Origin: Octopus vulgaris
Taxonomy: Eukaryota
Direction: 5' to 3'
Length of the DNA: 64,000 nt
NCBI GenBank assembly: GCA_951406725.2
Contig: OX597815.1
Coordinates: forward strand, 30,194,001-30,258,000
Shown here: positions 43,989 to 58,660 of the stretch, piece by piece
Numbering within the stretch: the stretch's first letter is position 1
Layout of the letters: the number at the start of each line of letters is the position of its first letter
The notes under the pieces: model-generated
What the model saw: only the letters and a program-made list of their open reading frames with translations
Told to the model about the DNA's origin: nothing
Databases searched by the model: none
Program-made: the position numbers and the translations under genes

Positions 43989-44675
43989 ATAATAATAATA
44001 TGTATTTTACTCACCACTAAGGGTTCTCAAAAAAGCAAAAAAAAAAAAAATATACAAAACAAAATAATAGAGACTGTACAATAAATAGTACATACATGTA
44101 CAATAAATATTATAAATAAATGTACATAAATAGAAGCGTGTAAACGATAAAAAACGAGAATAATATAAATTTGAGCAACGAAAAATCTAGGGTTGCTTGT
44201 GAAGACCCTACCAAACCACTGTCGTTCTCACCACTAAGACAAACGCCCTCTCCACATAGCCTTCCTTCTACCTAAAGGCGCATACTTACAGTACGTCCGG
44301 AACCATGTATTCACTTGTACGTGCGGCGCCATTCACTCGGATGGGTTGATCAGCTCCAACTAGCGTATTCAATACGTCGCTTGCAAATGTTGACCTCATC
44401 CGACGATCATATGAAGTTTGTCACTGGGAGGACATGCGAATCCGTGACGCGGACGCCGTAGCGGTAGACGTCATTCGCTGCTGAGGTATAGCGTTCATGT
44501 TCGGAACCATGTCGTTGAGAAGTAACCTTTTTACGGCACAGCAACGCCTGCTTACATTCAAATATACACACATGTATGTATATATGTATGTAACGATGCA
44601 TGCATGCTTGTATGTATGTATGTATGTATGTATGTATGTATGTATATATATATCTATTCAGCGATCAAGCATAGC

Positions 44676-44718
<43 letters not shown>

Positions 44719-45099
44719 TTATAAGATCATAAATCAGAAAAAGAGCATACCCTATAAAATATAGAGCAGATGTTTATTTCTGCATGTAAAGTAACAGTTT
44801 TAGAAAAAAAACACAGCGTAAACTAAACATATCTTCAGTTTCTCTAAACGATAACTGTTCTCTGCAAAAAATGTTTTTTTAAAAAAACACATGAAACCTG
44901 GTGATAGCTAAAGAAATATTCCTCTGAAAAAATTATGACCGGGAAAGTTATCTTCCTTCGCTTGATAGCTTAGCTAGGCTTTCCAATTTTGAAGTAAACA
45001 TTTTCGAAAATGTAGACAACTCCCTACGGCTTCCGTCCTGTTGTTCAGGTAGCCTCCTGGCTCATGTAAGTTCATAAGAATTATATATTTTTCTGTCAT

Positions 45100-45510
45100 A
45101 CACAACCCTCAACAACCTTAGCCTTAAAATCACCATAGAGACTAACATCACAGCGGTGACCTTCTTGGATGTCACGCTTGATTTAGACTGTGGCACCTAC
45201 GGACCATATCGCAAACAGAATGATAGGCTATCATATATTAATACAGCCTCCTGCCACCCACCCAAAGTGTTCAAAAAGCTAATAAAATGTATCAGTAAAC
45301 GGATTTCGATCTTATTTTCAAATTATGGTATTTTCGACGCAGCAGCCCCCGCTTACAATGAGGCGCTAGCGGCCAGCTGGCTCACAGACCATATAGTATA
45401 TACACCAGAATCCAGCAACCATAAAAGGACACGCCACCGCAAGACCTTATGGTTCGCTCCCCACTTCTCCCTAAATGTCCTAAACGTAGGTAAGATTTTT
45501 CTTAGGTTGG
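45100..45510 (+). mobile_element. Penelope-like element RT/thumb fragment
   Basis: LKITIETNITAVTFLDVTLDL..YRKQND..YINTASCHPP..KRIS..YNEAL..RKTLWFAPHFS. Confidence 0.85.
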
Positions 45511-45518
45511 ACTTATTG

Positions 45519-45607
45519 ACTCTCTGATGAAGCTTTGGATTTCAATTTTTGTATCATATGTCAACTTTAGCATACCGGACCTCCAAAGTAGAAACAACTG
45601 TAAGAGT
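45519..45607 (+). ncRNA. Type I hammerhead motif immediately 3' of the Penelope fragment
   Basis: actct-CTGATGA-a gctttgga [long loop] tccaaagt a-GAAA-c aact g-TA-agagt; GUA cleavage triplet. Confidence 0.75.
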
Positions 45608-45796
45608 GGACTTGTATTCATTTATTTCTTCCTATGATCTTAATAAATAAATCTTACTGATGCTTATCACCTGAATCTCTTATCCATTTTCTTCCCTGCC
45701 TGACCCGTCCTTGTTTTTTCCTGCCCTTTTTTGTATCGTCTAACTGTCCGAATGTGTTGATGTTGCCTACTACGTTCTTGTTCCATTTTTTGTTTT

Positions 45797-45944
<148 letters not shown>

Positions 45945-45945
45945 G

Positions 45946-45992
<47 letters not shown>

Positions 45993-46015
45993 GTTTATCA
46001 ATACGTATAACATAG

Positions 46016-46179
46016 TTCGTCTGTCTTTATGTTCTGAGTTCAAATTGCGCCGAGGTCGACTTTGCCCTTCATCCTTTTGGGGGTCGATAAATTAAGTACC
46101 AATTGCGTACTGGGGTTGATCTAATTGACTGGTCCCCTTCCCCAAAATTTCGGGCTTTGTGCCTCGAGTAGAAAAGAAT
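46016..46179 (+). mobile_element. SINE family D, 5'-truncated
   Basis: Body match plus tail ccccaaaatttcgggctttgtgcctcgagtagaaaagaat. Confidence 0.85.
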
Positions 46180-49100
46180 ATGTATAACAGTTTATTTACA
46201 GACGTCGAACTGCGCTAGCTTTAATGTTTGTCTCAGAGAAACTTCTCGAAAACATTTATGAGTCGCATAACACAGAGCATGCTCAGAAAGTCATCGTCGG
46301 ATCATGAGACACCGGTGCTTCGACTTTTTTTGGTGTCTACAGAGACGAACAAACCCAGTTATTCTGGGTTATGCACAAATACTCGTTCCGATACACAAAC
46401 CATTACACAAAATCTCAAATGATTTGTGCGAAAGTTCATGGGGCTAAAATTAAATAAATATACGTACTTTAAGGCTGTTCAAGCGAGAATTGTGTTTTGT
46501 AACTTCTTTGGGGAAATTTTACTCTCAGACAAACATTATCGCTAATGCCGTTCTAAATTTATATATATTGTAAATATTATACGCATCGTTATTTTAAGAT
46601 AATGCTACTTCAAGTATGTATATTTGTATATTGATTTAACTTTTACTTGGACCATGCGGTACACATCAGTGAATACTTAGTTTACTGATTTATATCTCAC
46701 GGATGCACAAAATCTATGTACTATTTCATGTGTCCAAGTTCTTAGAAATTAAGTACAATGAAAAGATATTTTATCCTGTCCTCTGAAGGACTTAGTCCAA
46801 AATGTCGAAATTCTTTTACTAATCTCATACATATTTAAGGAATATATATCTGTCCACTTCTTCAAAATTTAAAGCAACAAAATCTAATGTCTATTTATAT
46901 ATATAAAGGCGTTTGTCAATAAAACAGTGTTAGAGCTCTATATCTGGAATCGAACAAATTTCGCAAGTTAATCCTGTGATGAATTTCCTGACCTAATAAC
47001 GTTCAGTGTTGTGCACCAATGTCTATGATTTATCTTTTCTTTTCTTCTAGGAGATTTATTTATATATTCAAGATTAAGTAAGGCAGCAAATAATAGACAT
47101 CATTGTTGATATAAACATGCATATACACAAAAATATTCATATATTCACACACGTGGACAAATATACACACGTGTTTAAGTTTATATTTGCAAAACTGCTA
47201 ATCAATTTAAAAGCACAAATTAGTCATTTGATGTATGAATATTATTATTAAAATAAAAACTAGCAGAATCAATATGATCGACTACTAACACTTGAAGGAT
47301 GGTCGTAGTTCAATGACTGTATCCAATAATAGGTGAAAAGAATTGCAGAATATCTTTTTAATGTTTGTGTGTAGGCGTATGTATGCGATGGGTGCTTAAA
47401 ACTACTGCCCATTAAACTATATAATTATGATAGTTATATCTCTTGTCAGTAATCTTTTGCAGTTAATGTTCTTTCATAGAATCAATTATAGCAGAAAACG
47501 TCTGTCAAATTACAAATTAATGCTCCCCAAATTCTAAGCCAAATCGTTGTCTTTTAACCAAACGCCACATTGTTTGCCTTGATTCCATATTGTGCAGCGT
47601 GCAGATTTACCTTCAACCTTTTTACTCTTATTCAATCACTTTTCCATTTCTACCGTCTATCTCTCGCTCTCTCGGTCATTTTCCAATGAAGCCAAAATTC
47701 TATATATTTAGAAATGTAACTTTTTCTTTCACCAAATCGTTATGGAACCTCTGAAAGCAGTTCTAATCACACTGAGTACTTTCACATATGAACAGTACAG
47801 TCTATTCAATATTATTTCAATACGGTTGTCTTCAGATCAATCCTACTTAATGTTGTGCTTTCCTCTTTTCTGAATGCATTTACTTCAATGTTAACTATCG
47901 ATGGAGAAAATTGATCTTTCTTTCATTCTTGCACTCTGAAGGTTATCTAATTAACCAGCTCGTTCATATTGCTGATAACTACTTCCTTCATATTGTTATA
48001 TCATGGAAGAAAGGTTTTATTTTCAGAATCGATTCAACTAAAGAGCTTTTAAGTTAGCAACAACTGCAGCAGCAGAAGTTTAGGTCAAAACAGCAACATG
48101 TTTAAAATAGGTTCCACATTGTAATTTTGATATTAACCAAAAATATTTATAGCCTTTAAAAATACCTCCTATTGAAATTTGTTAAAAATAAAGTCAGATG
48201 TCAGTGATGTCTGGCGTTCTGGACAGTTGATAATATCAATTGCGAATCAATAAATCGAACTTGTGTTTATTTCGGCAGAAGAATTTCACTTATTTTACTT
48301 TTCGATTTCTTTACGGGCCTAATTATTAATATAATTTTCGATAATCTAATAAACAAATTTCTGTTTGTATGCAACACAAATAATCTACAGATATTTTGTT
48401 TTTGAAATTTTCTTTCCGAAGCAATTTGCTATAATTATAAGCAATAATTTTGAACAATGGTCTATTTTGCTTTGGTTATTTATGTTATTAATCTGATCCT
48501 TTTAAGAAAGTTTGTTTTTCTTCACTACACAAAGCAATTGTTGGTATACACATTTTGAAATGCTTCCATTTTCAGTTCTTAACTGCTTCTAGCACACAAA
48601 GAAAACATCTCTTTTTAATATGTTATTTAAACCACAACATAAATAGATCGACTGTTATCAATTATAAATAATGGTTGCAAGACAAAGTAGAATTAAATGA
48701 CTTTGAATGTAGCGATTAAAGTATTTTACATTAGCAAAATGGAAATGATGTTTCGTGACTGAATTTGCGGCATATATTTCAAAGTTCATAAGAATATGTT
48801 TAAAATGTTATTATCGACATATATAAATAACACTGACTGTTAGTAGGATCCTAATATTTCATATCATTAATATTATCTTAATATTACATTTTAAGTGTTA
48901 TATTTATCTATATTCGTTTGAACTTGAAATATATGGTTAATACTGGTTGCATTTTATAGATATGTAGTAATACGTGAGAATTTGAAAACGCCATTATCGT
49001 CCCCATTTCTGATGAGAATTAATGTTAAAACGACGACATCGGGATAGGAAATTCCTGTACTTATGGGAAATCTCAGTGATAGGGTTGTTCAATAAGTGAT

Positions 49101-50702
49101 CGGTTAAATTTTGTCCTCCTCATTGGACGTATACAGGAGCCATTGATACGTGATTTAGAATGTGCCTTCAAAATGAAGTTAAATTATTATTAAATAATTC
49201 CTACCCGAGGAAGATAGCTGAATGTAAGTTTTAACTTTAACCTAGCAAAGCTTTAAGAAAAAAAAACATATACATTGGCCTATAACAATTTATGTCCAGT
49301 CCTTCACCAAACCCCGTAGAGTATTACCAAAGAGATTATCAGGGACATATCTGCCGACTGTTATCTTCAAGCGCATTGCAAAACACTTCAACGAGGTTCC
49401 AGTCAAGATAGCAGTATAATAAATGGCTGACAAAAAAGGAAAAAAATAAAGATATAAAAATAAGAACCACAATCGAAGCTCTTAAAAGAAACATTTCCAC
49501 AGGATACAAATCCCAGCAATGGCAACTTAAAGTTGAACTTCATATTATGAATATATATTCCATTTAAGCAGCAAGAACCCAATGAAACGAAGTGCAGTTT
49601 CTTTTTAATTTCAATGTAAATTATAGATTTAAAATTATAAGATTTCGTTTCAGAAGTTTCACTATTAATTATTCAAAGCATTTAAGGAAGAATGACTTCA
49701 ATGCAACAGATATAACTATAGAAACTAAAAGAAGCTGTTTACTTGTGGTTTCATGCAAATGCTTAGATATAGCGTAATTCTTGCATCTCATTGGTTTAAT
49801 TGCTCTTCCGTGATAGGATGTATATGCGAACACACACACACAACCATCAGTTGTTTCACTCAGTTGAGCGCTCGTGCATAAATATATATAAACAGAAGTG
49901 AAATAAACGGCGAATTTCTCGTTACACATTGTTAAGGATCTATTATAATCCGAAATGTATAAGTTTTGTAATCGATTGATTAGTTATGGTATCCCTGGGA
50001 AAAATAAAACTGCTGAACATATTTATAATCATGAATGTTTAATTCATATAAGACCCATTGAACATCATGAGCATTTCAGCTTTAAGAATCTTTATATAAT
50101 GTAGTTAATATCCGTTCATAAAAGTCCTGCAGCTATATCATTATCTGCTCATCATTTGCTGTCTGAAAACCAAAGAAGAGTTCAGATGAATGACAGCCTT
50201 AATCAAATCGTTAGAAGGATGACACTGTGTACAACCAAACTAGGAAAGACCATAATTTCTGAAAAACGGCAATTGTGAGTTCACAGACCAGAATGCTTGG
50301 AGATCGCACATCCGCTTTCAACCAATGTAGTGAATATGAAAGTATATTCTCAGATATCATATGCCAAATGCATCCATTCAAAAGAGATGTTCCATTTAGA
50401 AGAGATAAGTTTCCCAATTATGCAGAATAACAGGTTTTCGGTTATTGAAATACAGATCTTGGTATAGAACTTGACCTGTCTTCAGAACTGTAGTCCAGAA
50501 CGTTTTGATAAATATCCTTCAAATTCCGATTTGGGTTTGGCTAGATGATAAGAAAGAAGATTTAAGATACACAAACGCATTCGCCTACGGCAATAGGACA
50601 TCGTTGATCGTGAGTGAGCAGTCTTATAAGTTATAGTGGTTCACAAAGTGGTACCGTCCAACCAGCGATAAACAGGTACCACAGTGTAGGGCAGTCCACC
50701 TA

Positions 50703-50941
50703 GAGTCGTAGCCAAAAGTCTGGAACATGAAGAAAAATTAAAATTATATCCAAGCACAATTCGATTCTGACATATACAATGTATATATCTGAGCATTTAA
50801 TATATAAAAAAATTTAATTTTCAGACTTATGTTCCAAACTTTTGGCCAAGTAATAATATATGCAAATTAGCTATGACGTTGGGTATTTAATATAAAAATT
50901 CTAATTTCCAGACCTACGTTCCAAACTTTTGGCCACAACTT
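50703..50941. mobile_element. Tc1-like MITE with duplicated right end
   Basis: gtcgtagccaaaagtctggaac / gttccaaacttttggccacaac; a second copy of the right TIR region at ~50790-50848. Confidence 0.7.
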
Positions 50942-51958
50942 TGAACCTAAGTTGTCAATCCCTTGAACGTAGTGGAAACTGGATATAAGCCTATAGATTT
51001 CTAGAATCCAAGATTAGCCAGTCACAGCTAATGTTATCTAATGTAATTTTTTGCCTTACCTCTTCCCCAGTTACTCTTTACCACCACAAACCAGCACGGA
51101 GTACTTTAACATTCACATATTATATCTACGTCCCCACAACAAGCTCAATCATTCCCTTTTTACCTCCTCTTCTTTCCTTTAAGCCTTAGTTGAGAAACGG
51201 AATAAAGGACTCAGTGAGACAGAATACGTTATGTTCTTGTAAATAAAGGATGCAACAAATAAAGATTTTAACATTACATCCACACAGTTTTATTCTTATT
51301 CAACTTTTAGTTCGGGGCTATATTTTCAATATTTGTAAAGTTCATTTAAAAGTTTTCATGTAAATCAGAAGGTGAATCAGATGTAATCAAAATGAAGGGA
51401 AATAAAATAATCATATATGCCAACAAGAATGTTCATGTTACACAATATGAACCGGTAGGTATTGCAAATCTTGTGTAGACATGTAAGGTAATGTAATACA
51501 ACATATTGATGTGGGAGCCAGCGATAATTAAGTGAATACTCTGGGACTCAGGCCTTTCTCTGAAATGAATTAAATCAGTATTTGGTTCAACAATATATGT
51601 TCTCTTTTACAGCAATGAATCACGAAATAAGCAGACATTCATACTGGAAGATTTGAAGTACCAACAACAGAAAAAAAAGAACATAATTTGCATCGATACA
51701 TACGTACATATATAGATATGTATATGTATACGTGTACGCATATGTGCATATGTATGCGTGTATGTGTGTATGTATGCATATATATTTGTATATATGTGTG
51801 TGTGTTTGTGAATTTGTGTATATGTTTGTGGGCGTGTTTCAGTGTGTCTATGTCTGCCTGCAGTGTTATTAATAGGTTTTGTTGTATGCATATGTGTACA
51901 GTTTTCAGTTATTACTCAGTATATATATATATGATATATATGATATATATGATATATA

Positions 51959-51994
<36 letters not shown>

Positions 51995-53654
51995 TGTATG
52001 TATGTATGTATGTATGTATGTATGTATGTATGTATGTATATATTATGTACATGAATATCTCTGGATGAGTTATTACATCTAAAGGTGATATGTAAGTAGA
52101 ATAACTTAGAAATCAGTAGATCTCAACAGTAATAACCGGAAATGGGTTAGCAGCCGGTACAGTATTAGCCACTGAGTGAATATCTTTAAAAAGAAGTAGA
52201 CAAAACATTTGCAGAAACGAGTTCAGGAAGAAAGATATTAAAATCAATTATGGGGAGAATGTTGGCATGGCAATAATGCTGAAGTTGCTTCGGGCAACGT
52301 AAAATTCCTTTAGTTTCCTACTTTCTTCAAAACATCTAATTACTTTAGAAATTCACGTTTAACATATATCTAGATTTTTCTTCAAATATTTTTTTTTATG
52401 TAGCATTATTAAACCTGATCCAGAAGAAGTCTATTATGCTTTTCCTGTTCACCAGAAATTAAGAAACGTATTTTTTTTCATTATTTTCTTGGTATTCCAT
52501 GCTTGCTCTTGAAAGGAAAAAAAAATATTTGCATTTAGTTGGTTTTTAACTGTTGCATGTTCTGTTAGGAATAAGATTATTTTCTATAATGGCGATACCC
52601 TTTGGTCTTAGGATGCAAGTAGTATATCTTAATGCACACAGGAAGTCAGGTTAGTTTTGCAACAAGAAGCAGAAATATTTATAGTAAGCGTGTCCAGCGG
52701 TTAGAAACTTTAGATAATTTCAACGGAAAGATGGGCTGAAGAACGTTTGCGAATTAAAAATGTTTACGTTTATGGCAATATTAATGATTGCATCAAAATT
52801 TTTCTGATAATTTGATATAAAATGTATTTGCAATGTAAAGATAGTTTCCTTTTCAAACTGTTTATTTTCTTACCAACAATTTTTTGAAATCATATGCTTG
52901 AAACAAATTTTTAGGAAAGCATTATTCAATATTTTTCAGTTTCATTTTCTTTCCACATAGCATCGTACAATTATAAATTAGGTATATATTATTTTAAGGC
53001 ATCTCTTCATTTACTGATGATTGTATGTAAAACACGTGAAACTTTGAGATCTCAAAAAGCATACATAATGCCTCTAGTACACTTAAATGTCAAACTTCAA
53101 ACACTTTCCAGTTACCACTATTTCATATCGAACACTTTCGTGGCATTAAAATTTATGTGTCAATATATAATAAGATTATATATAATGTAAAATTTAATTG
53201 CATATTTAGTTCCTCATTTCCCGAAGCAGAGCATTTCAATATTAATTCAGATGTGAGTTTCATTATTTTCCGGCATCAGTAGCTGATTGGTGTCTCTCTC
53301 TCTAGTTAGCACAATTTCAATGTTATATTCGACCCTAAGGACTCATTACATATTCGAAAGATATAATTGCAATATCTTTGAAACTCGTATCGATATTTAA
53401 TTTTCAAATTGAATGGCACACTGATTTTCGATATATATTGCAATGCTTCATGTCAACTAAAGCACTTTGAAATATGTTCGATCAATCCGTCTTAGATCAT
53501 AGGCATTATGTTCATATAGGCGTACTGTAAATTAATTTTACGGCGATCTAGTTGGGCCCTGGTCATAATCTGGGGATCTAGGCGAGTTAATCTGAATCTA
53601 AGCAAATACACACACACACATATATATATATATACACATACATATATATGTATG

Positions 53655-53720
<66 letters not shown>

Positions 53721-53848
53721 CATACTTACATATATATATATATATATATATATATGTATTTATATAAACAGAAAATGGAAAAATATTGATGAACAACAAT
53801 TGACTTACATCAATCATAATTTATTAATTCAATACAAATTGACTGCAT

Positions 53849-54146
53849 CCCATCTAACAGCTGTTTCTGCTTTCGATGTTGTATGGTATTGCCATTGATA
53901 TGCTAAAAAATATTTATCATATTTGGTAATAAAACCGATCTGAAACATGGAGCTTCCTGCTTTCGATGTTGTATAGTATTGCCATTGATATGCTAAAAAT
54001 ATTTATCATATTTGGTAATAAAACCGATCTGAAACATGGAGCTTCCTGCTTTCGATGTTGTATAGTATTGCCATTGATATGCTAACAATAGTTATCATAT
54101 TTGGTAATAAAACCGATCTGAAACATGGAGCTTCATCAGAGTGAAG
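53849..54146 (-). ncRNA. Hammerhead-like motif whose stem II region is triplicated (inverted pLTR-like segment)
   Basis: Minus strand cttcact-CTGATGA-agct[3 x 89 bp]agca-GAAA-cagctg-TT-agatggg; adjacent and antisense to the Penelope ORF. Confidence 0.55.
53867..54134. repeat. Three near-identical ~89-bp tandem repeats
   Basis: Units start at 53867, 53957 and 54046 (ctgctttcgatgttg...catggagcttc). Confidence 0.95.
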
Positions 54147-54189
54147 AATAAATAAAACAGAATAGCATAGAGAAGAAAAAGGGAAAATT

Positions 54190-55620
54190 TTAATATTCCT
54201 ATCCCTCCCAAGAACATCTATCCTAAAGACCTAATACTTAAAATCAGTGAATTCACCCATAGAGTCCGTTGGAATGCCTACTACTACGACAGGAAGCATG
54301 AACTAACTTATCTAGACACCAACACTAACATCAACACCATGGACGATAAATGACCTTACTACCGGAATTTTCAGAACTAGTAGAACGTCACCACCAAACA
54401 ACCACCTTAATGGATTTGAACAAGAACTCTGGTCCTCTATTGATGGCATTAAGTTTAAAAAGCACCCCCTTAGGCGCAATGAACACCAGAGGAAGCTACA
54501 GAACCTGATTCTCGAATTAATATCTAAAAAAAGGATAATAGTAGATTCAGACAAAGCCAGAAACACTTATAACATGGACATAAATACTTACTATGAACTC
54601 ATCCACAGAGGAATCACGAAAAAATATAAAGTAGTTCCTAGAAGCACTCGTAAAACAATCAACTTCGACGCTAAGAAGATTGTGACTGATTACGATATAG
54701 GTGATAGAACAGAACCTTTTACACCTATTAGACCTCGTATTATAATTAAGGACCATAAGGATAACTTCTTAAGTAACACCCAAGTTAGACTAATTTGCCC
54801 CAATAAATCAGATTTAGGAAAACGTAGCAATGCAGTTGTAGATAAGTTCATACCTACCCTTAGGAAAAAGATTAAACTTGAATTATGGACTAATACCAAA
54901 ATGCAATAGGTTGGTTCTCTAATATAGAGCATAAGGATAAGTATAAACTTTTACAATTAGATATTCAAAATTACGACTCCCCTATAAACCCTACTATCTT
55001 AAATAGGGTCCTTATTTTTGCTAAGAACCACACTAAGATCAGCATGAAAGAAATAAATCTAATCCTCACGGCTGATATTCTGTTATTGAGTGTGATAATA
55101 AATTGCGGGCAAGAAAGGATAACCGTAATTATTTTTATACAACAATGGGATCCCCGGATTTAGCGGAAGTGACTTCTTGTGGGAATATATCTACTAGACA
55201 AACTAAATAAGTAATTTCTAGACTTTGGAGGGGGGCTCTACAGGGACGATGCACTTTTTATAATTAGAAATACCTCTAACAGATGCCTAGAACCACTTAA
55301 AAAACGTTTGTACAAATTTCTCAAAAGATTTGGCCTTTCGATCACTAGAGGGAGTGAAAACCACTCAATCAACTACCTAGACGTTAACTATAATCTAGAT
55401 ACGGGACTGCATGAACCTTACATGAACCTAAACACTAACTTAAAATATATATATACACTATCTTAGTAATCATCCACAATCGATAAAAAAGCTCTTATAA
55501 AAAGCATTAGTAAAATAATTTATCTCTCTTCTAATGAGGATTTATTCAATAAACATAAAGAATAATACAAGGCACTAAACAATACAGTATACAAAAGTAA
55601 AATTAAATATATTCCATATA
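54190..55620 (+). mobile_element. Penelope-like retroelement RT pseudogene
   Basis: NIPIP..RVRWNA, DSDKARNTY, IKDHKDNF..VRLICPNKSDLGK, TMGSPD.AE, GLYRDDAL (~55239), YLDVNYNL, SNHP; stops and frameshifts. Confidence 0.9.
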
Positions 55621-56097
55621 ATAATATAACGACTAGTAATAATATTGATAACATCAATTGCAATAATAAGGAATATAGAAATTTATCTAAATTACCAATA
55701 AAGCACAGAAACCTATAATCCCCAACAGTAACAAGAATAAAAATTGCAACACCAAATATAACAACAATAATAATAACAATAAAAATAACAATATAACTAT
55801 GAGAATGAAGCGTAGTACAGATGATACCAACAATAACAGTAATCATAACATCAACAACAACAATATAAAATATTATACGAAAAAACATATTGGTAGCACC
55901 ACCAATGGAGGGGCTAACGTATATAAGAAGATAATAAAATCAAATAAGCATAAACATAGCATTCATCACTCGAACAGCATTAAAATTCGGTTGCATGGTA
56001 AGAATATTGGAAAAACAAGAGATAGCAATTAGCTTATACTCCCGTATGCTAAGTAATTAAAACTAATTTTGTCAAATCTAGATTCTAAATTATAAAT

Positions 56098-57480
56098 ATG
56101 TCAAGGCATTACAAGTACAGTCCTGATATATTTTGTCATGTCTGTGGTTCATTTACCACCAAAGCTCAGCAACGTGCTATCTCAAGTGAAATCAAGAAGA
56201 TCTACCAGTTATACCAGTTATATCAAAATCGATAAACGATATAGGAGGTGTTAGCTAACAACTCCACAAAAACACCCACAGACAGAATTTCCTCAAGGAA
56301 AGTTTTCAGGCTGTCCTTGTATCGTCTCAGTGGATCAAGATAAGATTTGGGCCCCGCACATCATCTACGCAGCTTGTTCAAATGGAGTAAGTAATTGGCT
56401 AAATAAGAGGAAGAGAACAATACCGTTTGCAATACCTATGATATGAAGAGAACCAAAGGATCATGGACTGTTGTTTCTGCAACGTTGATGTATGTGAGTT
56501 TACTGTAAAGACCAAGCATAAGTTTATGTATCCCAGCTTGGAATCAGCAAGAAGACCAGTACCACACAACGATGATGATCTTCCTATTCCAATACCACCA
56601 TAAAATGGTCTTCAGATTTCTGACGAACATGTATTGTATTTCCTGAATAAAATACTACTGCTGTGGAAGACACCGAAGTGGACGCAGATTTCACGATTGA
56701 AAATGAAGACTTACCACAGAAACTTGTCATTGTCGAAGGATAAAGCTGAACTATTCTCGCCTACAAGAAAAATGTCTGCTTAAGAAAGATGTTTGTATTA
56801 CTCATTTCAAAGGAAGAGAAATAGGGATCTGACTTCATTCTTCTCTTTCGATGGACCACTTTCTTTCAGTAATAAAATTGATGAGTTATTTCGCTGTTTG
56901 TTCCAAGAGCATGTTCCAGCTGAATGGCGCTAATTCATTGATTCATCTAAGAGAAGCCTCAAGGCAGTACTACTACACAACGGCAATAAGAAACCATCAA
57001 TTCCCATAAAACATTCAATGCATATGAAGGAGTGTTATGAAAACATGCAAGTACTCCTCAATGCCATAAATTATACAAACAACAGCTGGAAAATATGTGG
57101 AGATTTGAAGGGGATTGGAATATTGATGGGAATGCAGTCTGGGTTCACGAAATATTGTTGCATTTTTATGACTGTGGGACAGTCGTGCAACTAATAAGCA
57201 CTATATGCAATCAGAGTGGTCTTTGCAAAAATCATATGAGCCGGGAGTTTCTAGCGTCCAGAGTAAGCCACTTTTAAACCCAGAAAATATTCTTCTTCCC
57301 CCTCTTCACATACAGCTTGGCCTCATGAACAATTCGTGAAGACACTTGCCAGGAAAAGCTTAAAATATTTTGAATATGTGAAGGCCAAATTTCGCAAAAT
57401 GACCGAGGCAAAACTGGAGGAGGGCATATTCTTAGGTCCGCAGATAAAATAACTCCTAAAGGACAACCACTTCCTCACAG
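56098..57480 (+). mobile_element. DNA transposase pseudogene, probably Chapaev3 (CMC) type
   Basis: SPDIFCHVCG, QDKIWAPH, REPKDH..DCCFC, YPSLESARRPVPH, EWRLFIDSSKRSLKAVLLHNGN, ICGDLK, LLPPLHI.LGLM, EGIFLGPQI. The superfamily call is from motif recollection. Confidence 0.75.
56218..56333 (-). repeat. 116-bp inverted copy of 58628-58743
   Basis: Base-by-base reverse complement, with no mismatch seen. Confidence 0.95.
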
Positions 57481-57483
57481 CAC

Positions 57484-58660
57484 TGGACCTGACGAAGGAT
57501 TTTGACATTGTCAGCCGAGAGGGACTGTGGGATATCTTGTCCAAGCTAGGCTGCCCACCAAAGCTCGTCAGGATCATCCAGTCATTTCATATTTTTTTAT
57601 TGCCCACAAGAGGCATAGAAGAGACAAACAAGGACAGACAAAGGGATTAAGACGATTACATCGACCCCAGTGGGTAACTGGTACTTAATTTATCGACCCC
57701 GAAAGGATGAAAGACAAAGTCAACCTCGTTGGAATTTGAACTCAGAACGTAACGGCAGACGAAATACCGCTAAGCATTTTCTCCGGCATGCTAAAGTTTC
57801 TGTCAACTCGTTTCAGTCATTTCATGATGACATGATGGCTCGCATCGTGGAAAACGGAGATGTCTCTGATCCATTCGTGATGGCTCCCACACCCTTCAGC
57901 CTCATGTTTGTCACCATGCTCTTCCGCGCCTTGTCAAAGTCTGATGCTGGTGTTACTATTTGCTACAGATGTGACGGCCGATTCTTTGACCTTAGAGAGA
58001 CTTTCTCTTTGCATTGAATGAACCTGACCTGCAAGAACTTGCCACTTGTCTCGCAGAAGCAGCAAAAGCCTTCGGACTGACCATTAGACTGTGAAAAACT
58101 GAAGTGATGCATCAGCCTGCGCCTGGCTTGACACCTCCTGAACCTCAGATTGTGATTGAGGGTACAACTCTGAACAACGTGGAGAGCTTTACATACTTGG
58201 GAAGCTACCTGCCCTCAAACTGCAGCATGGACAAACGAGGCTTGCAAAAGCAGGAGTTTCGTTTGGCAGACTTTGGACACGTGTGTGGGTCGAACGAGGC
58301 CTCAGACTTTTCACCAAGCTGGTAGTCTATAGGGCAATCGTCATCACCTCTCTGCTCTACGACTGCGGGATGTGGACGCTGTATAGGAGGCAAATGCGAG
58401 TACATGACCAGTTCCCCCTCTGCTGCTTGCGACGAATCATGGGAATTTCCTGGAGGGACAGAATCTCCAACACTGAGGTGCTTCGCAGAGCCGAAATGCC
58501 CGGGATCGAAGCCCTCATCAAGGCCCAGCTCTGGTGGGTCGGACATGTAGTCCAAATGGACGACACATGTCTACCAAAGATGATCTTCTACTCTGAGCTG
58601 GATTCTGGAGCAAGAAACCCTAGAAGGCCACTGAGACGATACAAGGACAGCCTGAAAACT
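57484..58660 (+). mobile_element. RTE (BovB-like) LINE RT fragment
   Basis: DLTKDFDIVSREGLW, APTPFSL, FGLTI, FTYLGS, LLYDCGMW, WVGHVVQMDDTCLPKMIFYSEL. Confidence 0.9.
57591..57813 (-). mobile_element. SINE family D nested in the RTE fragment
   Basis: 12-bp TSD cagtcatttcat (57579-57590 and 57814-57825). Confidence 0.9.

Noticed and set aside
44010-44495. GC-richer segment possibly from an L1/Tx1 3' end on the minus strand
   Set aside because: Only vague motif resemblance; cannot be supported without a search.
46775-46812. ggac-tta-gtcc hairpin in a hammerhead-like context
   Set aside because: Both core segments are too degenerate to support a call.
49005-49045. CTGATGA followed by a weak hairpin
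   Set aside because: GAAA is replaced by AAAA and stems I and III do not form.
53867-54134. Regular direct repeats as a possible CRISPR array
   Set aside because: No unique spacers, 89-bp units, eukaryotic context.
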